A stretch of DNA of 12,506 nt from Deltaproteobacteria bacterium (GTDB taxonomy: Bacteria; Desulfobacterota; Binatia; UBA12015). Location of the stretch: the NCBI GenBank assembly GCA_046583355.1, contig JAYGCM010000088.1:1-12506 (forward strand). The letters are read 5' to 3'. A program made the position numbers and the translations under genes. Below are positions 8,267 through 12,506 of the stretch, piece by piece. The notes under the pieces were generated by a model. The model made no database searches, was not told where the DNA came from, and was given only the letters and a program-made list of their open reading frames with translations. Each line of letters starts with the position of its first letter. Within the stretch, counting starts at the first letter, position 1.

Positions 8267-8569
8267 ATGATCAGGAAATTCGGAAAAACACTCGCCGCAA
8301 CCATCGTTGCGGCGACGCTCACTTTCTCACCCGCACTCGGCCTCGCCGATGAGGGAGCCGGCGAACAATGCGGCGCCTCCCGCGCCGGCGGAATCGCCCT
8401 CGACCTCTTGGTCGGTCGGCCGACGCTCGTGCTAGCCACCGTGGCCGGCGCCCTATTCTACACCATCGCATTGCCGATCACCTTGCCCAGCGGTGCCGAG
8501 CGCGACGCGCGCGACCGCTTCGTCACGACCCCCTGGGAAAAACTGATCTCGCCCCTGGGCGGCGAATAG
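8267..8569 (+). CDS. Small conserved exported/membrane hypothetical protein (100 aa; D-x-x-x-x-RP...P...PLG family)
   Basis: GGAGGA RBS at 8255-8260, a Sec-like signal (MIRKFGKTLAATIVAATLTFSPALGLA), then 'DLLVGRPTLVLATVAGALFYTIALPITLPSG...FVTTP....SPLG'. This resembles a small proteobacterial family of unknown function. Confidence 0.8.
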   Translation: MIRKFGKTLAATIVAATLTFSPALGLADEGAGEQCGASRAGGIALDLLVGRPTLVLATVAGALFYTIALPITLPSGAERDARDRFVTTPWEKLISPLGGE

Positions 8570-8582
8570 TCGCTGCGCAAGC

Positions 8583-8620
8583 AAGGCGGGCCGTCGCATA
8601 GGCGGCTCGCCTTTTTGTTT
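8583..8620 (+). terminator. Intrinsic (rho-independent) terminator between convergent genes
   Basis: AAGGCGGGCCGTC-GCATA-GGCGGCTCGCCTT forms a 13-bp stem with two G-U pairs and is followed by TTTGTTT. It begins 13 nt after the 8569 stop. Confidence 0.85.
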
Positions 8621-10116
8621 CAGGCTTGCGCAGCAGGCGCCGCGCCCAGTACGGGCCCTGACGCCAGAAGGTCGACGGCGAGGCCACAGACCTCCGCCTC
8701 GGTCACGCGGCGCATCAGCCCGGCATCGGTCGAACGAACCAGCGTGCGCCCGCCACCGGGCAGATCGCAGACCAGTACGGTCGCGACCGCGTCCTCAGCC
8801 GCGTATTGCACGGTTGCGGCCGCGACTTGGGCCGGCCCTACGTAGTCACGAACCACCGCATGCACCGGCATCTCGGCCGCGACCTCAGGCGAGACGTCGT
8901 CAAAGCCAAAAGGCGTAGCAGGTGGCGTAGACGACCAGAGCGAGACGCCTTGCTTGGTGAGCATACCGCTCACCGCCGAAACCAGCCCCGTGCTGCCGAC
9001 ATCGGCACGCAGGATCTGCACCATTTTCACCAACGCCTGGTAGGAAAAATTATTGAGCGGCCCGCCGGCGAAGGCCATGCCCCCGGTCTCGGTTATCCGG
9101 CGCCCTGCAGGAATCCCCAGCTCACGCATCTGCGCGCGCACGGCCACCGGAAAACAACTATAGAGTTCCAGATGCGCAACCTCTTCGATGACGAGTCCCG
9201 CCCTCGCCAGGACGCGGCGGCCCGCGTGGTAAAACCCGAAGGAGCGGTCGAGTGCAGGCCGCTCGACCAACGACACCATATGATTGGACTCGGCAATCGC
9301 CAGGGGAAAGACGAAGCGGTCTGGCGCGATGCCGAGTTCGCGCGCCACCTTGACCGAGGTAAGAATCAGGCAGGCTGCCTGGTCCACGTTCCACTGTGAA
9401 TTCACCCGCTTGGTATAAGGAAAGGCAAGCATGCGATTGCGCGCAGAGGGCTCCATAATATCCTCGGCGCCAATGGCCGTGCGGTTCCAGGCGTCTTCGT
9501 TGGCTTGTGCCACCTCACTCATGCCGGCGTAGAGACACCCCAATGCGCGGCGGTTTTGCTCGACCGACTCGCCCGTCGCATGGCGAAAAGCGCTCTCAAG
9601 CAAGGCGTATTGGTTGACCGGCATCCCCAGGCCCAACTCGAGCTCAAGCGGGTTCATGATCTCGCGAGCCGGCTCGAGGAATCGATCCGGTGCCGTGCCT
9701 TCCGGCTGGCCGGTATCTTCGAGCGAGGTGCTCGTAATTGCCGCACGCAGGGATCGGAACTTCGCCTCGCCGCCCACAATCACGACGACCTCTTCTTCGC
9801 CCGCCGCGATCGCACGTGCCGCATCGCCCAGCAAAGTGGTCTGCAGGATTCCCACCTCGGCAAGATCCGTGCGCGCGCCCGACGCGCCCACACGTTGCGC
9901 CAGAATCCGGCCGGGATCAGGGTAATCCCAAATGCCGTTGGTTACTCGAATGGAAGAGGCGCGCCGCAACAGCTCGTCCGTACCCGCGTCTGCTGCGGCA
10001 CGCCGCAAGGCTCCTTCCATCAGGGCAATGGCCTCAAGCGCGAGGCTCGGATCTTCCTCGCGTTGCGTGAGCGCTCCCGCGCCCACAAGTACCGGCATAT
10101 CGTCGCTGACCATCAT
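8620..10116 (-). CDS. Thiolase-like protein (usually annotated acetyl-CoA acetyltransferase; YSCFP subtype)
   Basis: 'PVLVG.G...QR', 'W.Y.DPG..LA.R.G', 'GGEA', 'P..QY.L.ESA', 'NRM.AFPYTK..NS.WNVDQAA..ILTS...A..LGI', 'LELYSCFP.AV' and 'TGG..FAGGP.NN'. The start is the ATG at 10116 or 10113. Confidence 0.9.
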   Translation of the reverse strand: MMVSDDMPVLVGAGALTQREEDPSLALEAIALMEGALRRAAADAGTDELLRRASSIRVTNGIWDYPDPGRILAQRVGASGARTDLAEVGILQTTLLGDAARAIAAGEEEVVVIVGGEAKFRSLRAAITSTSLEDTGQPEGTAPDRFLEPAREIMNPLELELGLGMPVNQYALLESAFRHATGESVEQNRRALGCLYAGMSEVAQANEDAWNRTAIGAEDIMEPSARNRMLAFPYTKRVNSQWNVDQAACLILTSVKVARELGIAPDRFVFPLAIAESNHMVSLVERPALDRSFGFYHAGRRVLARAGLVIEEVAHLELYSCFPVAVRAQMRELGIPAGRRITETGGMAFAGGPLNNFSYQALVKMVQILRADVGSTGLVSAVSGMLTKQGVSLWSSTPPATPFGFDDVSPEVAAEMPVHAVVRDYVGPAQVAAATVQYAAEDAVATVLVCDLPGGGRTLVRSTDAGLMRRVTEAEVCGLAVDLLASGPVLGAAPAAQA

Positions 10117-10153
10117 CCCCGAACTCTAGCCGAAGACGAAGGCAACGCTATCT

Positions 10154-10396
10154 CTAGACGCGCGGCTTCACGAAAGTTCCGTGATGCCAGATCTCGTTGA
10201 GCAGATGCATGCCCGCAAACAAGGCAAGCAAGGGAACCGACCCGCGGAGCAATGTCTGCCCCATCTGAGCCATCATTTTCCACTCACCGCCGTCTCCGGA
10301 AAACCCCTGCCGCAGACCCTCGGCGCTCACCATCGCCCAACCAGCGAGATCCATCGCGACCAACAACCCGACCACAACCAATAATGCAATCCTCAT
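10154..10396 (-). CDS. Small hypothetical membrane protein (80 aa, two hydrophobic segments)
   Basis: GAGGG RBS 7 nt before the ATG at 10396. MRIALLVVVGLLVAMDLAGWAMVSA and LLRGSVPLLALFAGMHLL are hydrophobic. The ORF fills the gap between the RHS and thiolase genes in the same orientation. Confidence 0.65.
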   Translation of the reverse strand: MRIALLVVVGLLVAMDLAGWAMVSAEGLRQGFSGDGGEWKMMAQMGQTLLRGSVPLLALFAGMHLLNEIWHHGTFVKPRV

Positions 10397-10494
10397 CAAT
10401 TTACCCTCGCGTTTCTGCGTGAAAACCACGCCTCTCCTCAGGCCACCTTCCGCTACTCGAAGGCAACCCCAAACCCCGCCAGCCCCCGGCCCGA

Positions 10495-10514
10495 GAGACG
10501 ATCGCTGTCGTCTC
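10495..10514. repeat. Short inverted repeat (hairpin) downstream of the RHS stop
   Basis: GAGACGA-TCGCTG-TCGTCTC is a perfect 7-bp stem 35 nt past the RHS stop. There is no strong U-tract on the - strand, so a terminator role is uncertain. Confidence 0.4.
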
Positions 10515-10549
10515 CCAAATCAGAGGCTCAGCGCATACGGACAGCCGAA

Positions 10550-12505
10550 TCAGTATACGATCTGCAATTCATCATGAATTCCGTCGATACGCGGAGGAGG
10601 CGGTGCCGGCAGAATCCGGAAAAACGGGGTCCCACGCGTCCCGGGAAGATCGATTCCAGGTCCGCCGCGAAAATGCGGCAGGCGGATCGGCCCCATCGGG
10701 CCACCAGGCACCACCATCGACATCGGGATCGGCATGATTGCTCCACTGCCTATTGCTTGGGAACGGCTGCCAGCACCATCGCGGCAGGAACCACCCCGGC
10801 AGCTGCTTGATTTTGCCGCAGAATCCCCCCTCTGCTCGGCCAGGAACCCGCCCAGGTCATCGCGGAACTCCCGCCCGGTGAAATCGCGGTACATTTGAAA
10901 ACTGCCCACTACGATCCCGACGCTACCGGCCACGACGGTGACGACGGCCGCCGCTGTGATGATCGCGAGCTCACCACCCGGGTCTTGCAACTCGACCGGA
11001 TTACCCAAGGTATAAGAATATTGATTGACCATATTGTAGGCCGGATCCGGGGAGAGAAAACGCGCGGCCAGAGGGTCGAGAACGCGCGCGCCAAGCACGG
11101 TGACCTCGCCCAGATCCAAACCATTGGCAAAACGCCGCTCGATATCCGCCGTGGCGTCTCCGTCGACATCGGTCAAACCGTAGGCATCGTAATGATAATG
11201 CGTTGTGGCCTGACCGCTCTCGTCTGTGATAAATTTGACGTTGCCACGGCGGTCCAAATGGCGGAAAAGCCGCCCCGCGCCGCCGGCCTCGACCACCACG
11301 AACCCTAGATCGAGTCGGCGCTGGCCGCTTGCATCTTCCTCAACCACGCCGCCGAAACGAAAACGCCTGGTCCATGCCGGAACGCCCGAGACCGAACGCT
11401 GCGTCGGTCGACCCAGGCCATCGTAGGCGAACTCGACCGTCCCGCTCGAAGCCCCCGATCGGCCGTAGGCCGCCAGGGCTCCGGTTGCCGTCCAGGCAAA
11501 CACAGCGTTCCCGCGACGCGTCACAAAGCCGCCCGGATCGTATTGATATTCCAGCACCGAACCATCATCGACGGATTCGATCCGCAAGAGCCGCGTATGG
11601 CTCGCATCGTAGGTAAGGAGGCGACGGCGCTGCCATTCCGGCTCCCAGAAAGACTCAACGTTCGAGAGCGCATCGTAGGTTGCGAAATATTGCCCGCCGC
11701 TACCGGTCGGATGATCCGAATAATAGTGCTTGAGCCTCCGCGATGCGTTGTCCGACCAGAACGACCAGGACTCCCAGCTGGTGGTGCCGCCACCGTCAAT
11801 TTCGACACTCGTGGTATTCCCTCGGTTCATGCCACCACTCCAGACCGAAGTAGGAATCCAATTCTCTGGGGTCACGCTCGCCACAGCCGCGAGCGACGCC
11901 GGCACATCCGCTGCGGCCGCTACCTCCCGCGTTGTCGCCGTGTTCTTGAGCCGCCCGTACTCGTAGCTGTAGGCGCGCACGATCGGCTGGCGATCCCCGA
12001 AAGTCTGACGCAGGAGCTGACCGGCAGAGAAGACATTCGAGACCAGAGATTCTACCGAGCCGTCGCGGACATAATCGATCTCAATGGCTCGATCGTTATT
12101 GTCATATTGGATCAGCACCGTTCCCAGATCGACTCCATCCGAGAGCGCAAACGAGCGAAGATCAATTCGGTTGCGCGCATCGTATCCGACCACGCTGATA
12201 TCGTCGGGGCCGCTGCGCTGGTCCATGGTGGACGAGAGGCGGCCCAGAGAGTCGTAGGTGAAGCTCAGGGCAAGGCCACCGCTGCCGGTGATCGCCACGA
12301 GCTGGCCCACGCCGTTTCGGGAAAATACCGCACGCGACTCCGCCGCATTCCCGCAATGCCCAGCCAACCCGGAGGTCCGGCAACTCCGTTCCTCCACAAG
12401 GCGCCCCCGGCCATCATAGGTAGCCTCGCTGCGCATCCCGTTGCTCTGGTGAACAGCGGCCTCGCGGCCCAGCAGATCATATTCAAACTTCGTACGCATG
12501 AATTC
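10550..12505 (-). CDS. RHS/YD-repeat protein with RHS-associated core and variable C-terminal domain (5' end beyond right edge of window)
   Basis: Multiple YD repeats (EYDLLGR, TYDGRGR, TYDSLGR, GYDARNR, QYDNNDR, TYDALSN, QYDPGGF, AYDGLGR) and the core 'H.D.RGNV..ITD.SG.....Y.YDAYG...GARVLDP..ARFLSPDP....NQYSY..GNPV..QDPGG'. The frame stays open upstream of ATG 12499 (GAA TTC ATG), so the gene is partial. Confidence 0.95.
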   Translation of the reverse strand, partial: EFMRTKFEYDLLGREAAVHQSNGMRSEATYDGRGRLVEERSCRTSGLAGHCGNAAESRAVFSRNGVGQLVAITGSGGLALSFTYDSLGRLSSTMDQRSGPDDISVVGYDARNRIDLRSFALSDGVDLGTVLIQYDNNDRAIEIDYVRDGSVESLVSNVFSAGQLLRQTFGDRQPIVRAYSYEYGRLKNTATTREVAAAADVPASLAAVASVTPENWIPTSVWSGGMNRGNTTSVEIDGGGTTSWESWSFWSDNASRRLKHYYSDHPTGSGGQYFATYDALSNVESFWEPEWQRRRLLTYDASHTRLLRIESVDDGSVLEYQYDPGGFVTRRGNAVFAWTATGALAAYGRSGASSGTVEFAYDGLGRPTQRSVSGVPAWTRRFRFGGVVEEDASGQRRLDLGFVVVEAGGAGRLFRHLDRRGNVKFITDESGQATTHYHYDAYGLTDVDGDATADIERRFANGLDLGEVTVLGARVLDPLAARFLSPDPAYNMVNQYSYTLGNPVELQDPGGELAIITAAAVVTVVAGSVGIVVGSFQMYRDFTGREFRDDLGGFLAEQRGDSAAKSSSCRGGSCRDGAGSRSQAIGSGAIMPIPMSMVVPGGPMGPIRLPHFRGGPGIDLPGTRGTPFFRILPAPPPPRIDGIHDELQIVY

Positions 12506-12506
12506 G

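Noticed and set aside
8806..10200. + strand ORFs 8806..9399 and 9505..10200
   Set aside because: Antisense shadows of the thiolase-like gene.
1..12506. CRISPR array, tRNA/rRNA, IS or integrase, defence-system genes
   Set aside because: I found no regularly spaced repeats, cloverleaf, transposase/recombinase motifs or terminal inverted repeats. All intergenic gaps are under about 160 bp.

Overview
GC-rich bacterial window that is almost entirely coding. From left to right it holds: (1) a PadR-family regulator on the - strand that runs off the left edge and is absent from the ORF track; (2) a tightly packed - strand operon of a Gfo/Idh/MocA oxidoreductase, a YciI protein and a 316-aa uncharacterised beta-rich protein with an RDRSWG motif; (3) a divergent SRPBCC/START-like gene; (4) a translationally coupled TetR, lipoprotein MFP and HAE1 RND efflux operon with a sigma70-like promoter and a perfect 12-bp inverted-repeat operator but no TolC-like gene; (5) a small exported/membrane protein followed by an intrinsic terminator; (6) a convergent thiolase-like gene; (7) an 80-aa membrane protein; (8) the 3' part of an RHS/YD-repeat protein that runs off the right edge. 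The best novelty candidate is the RHS protein's 140-aa C-terminal cargo (hydrophobic helix, Cys pair, Pro/Gly-rich tail, no enzymatic toxin motif I recognise), possibly paired with the downstream small membrane protein. I saw no rRNA, tRNA, CRISPR array or IS element. All family calls come from motif recognition by eye, not database searches.
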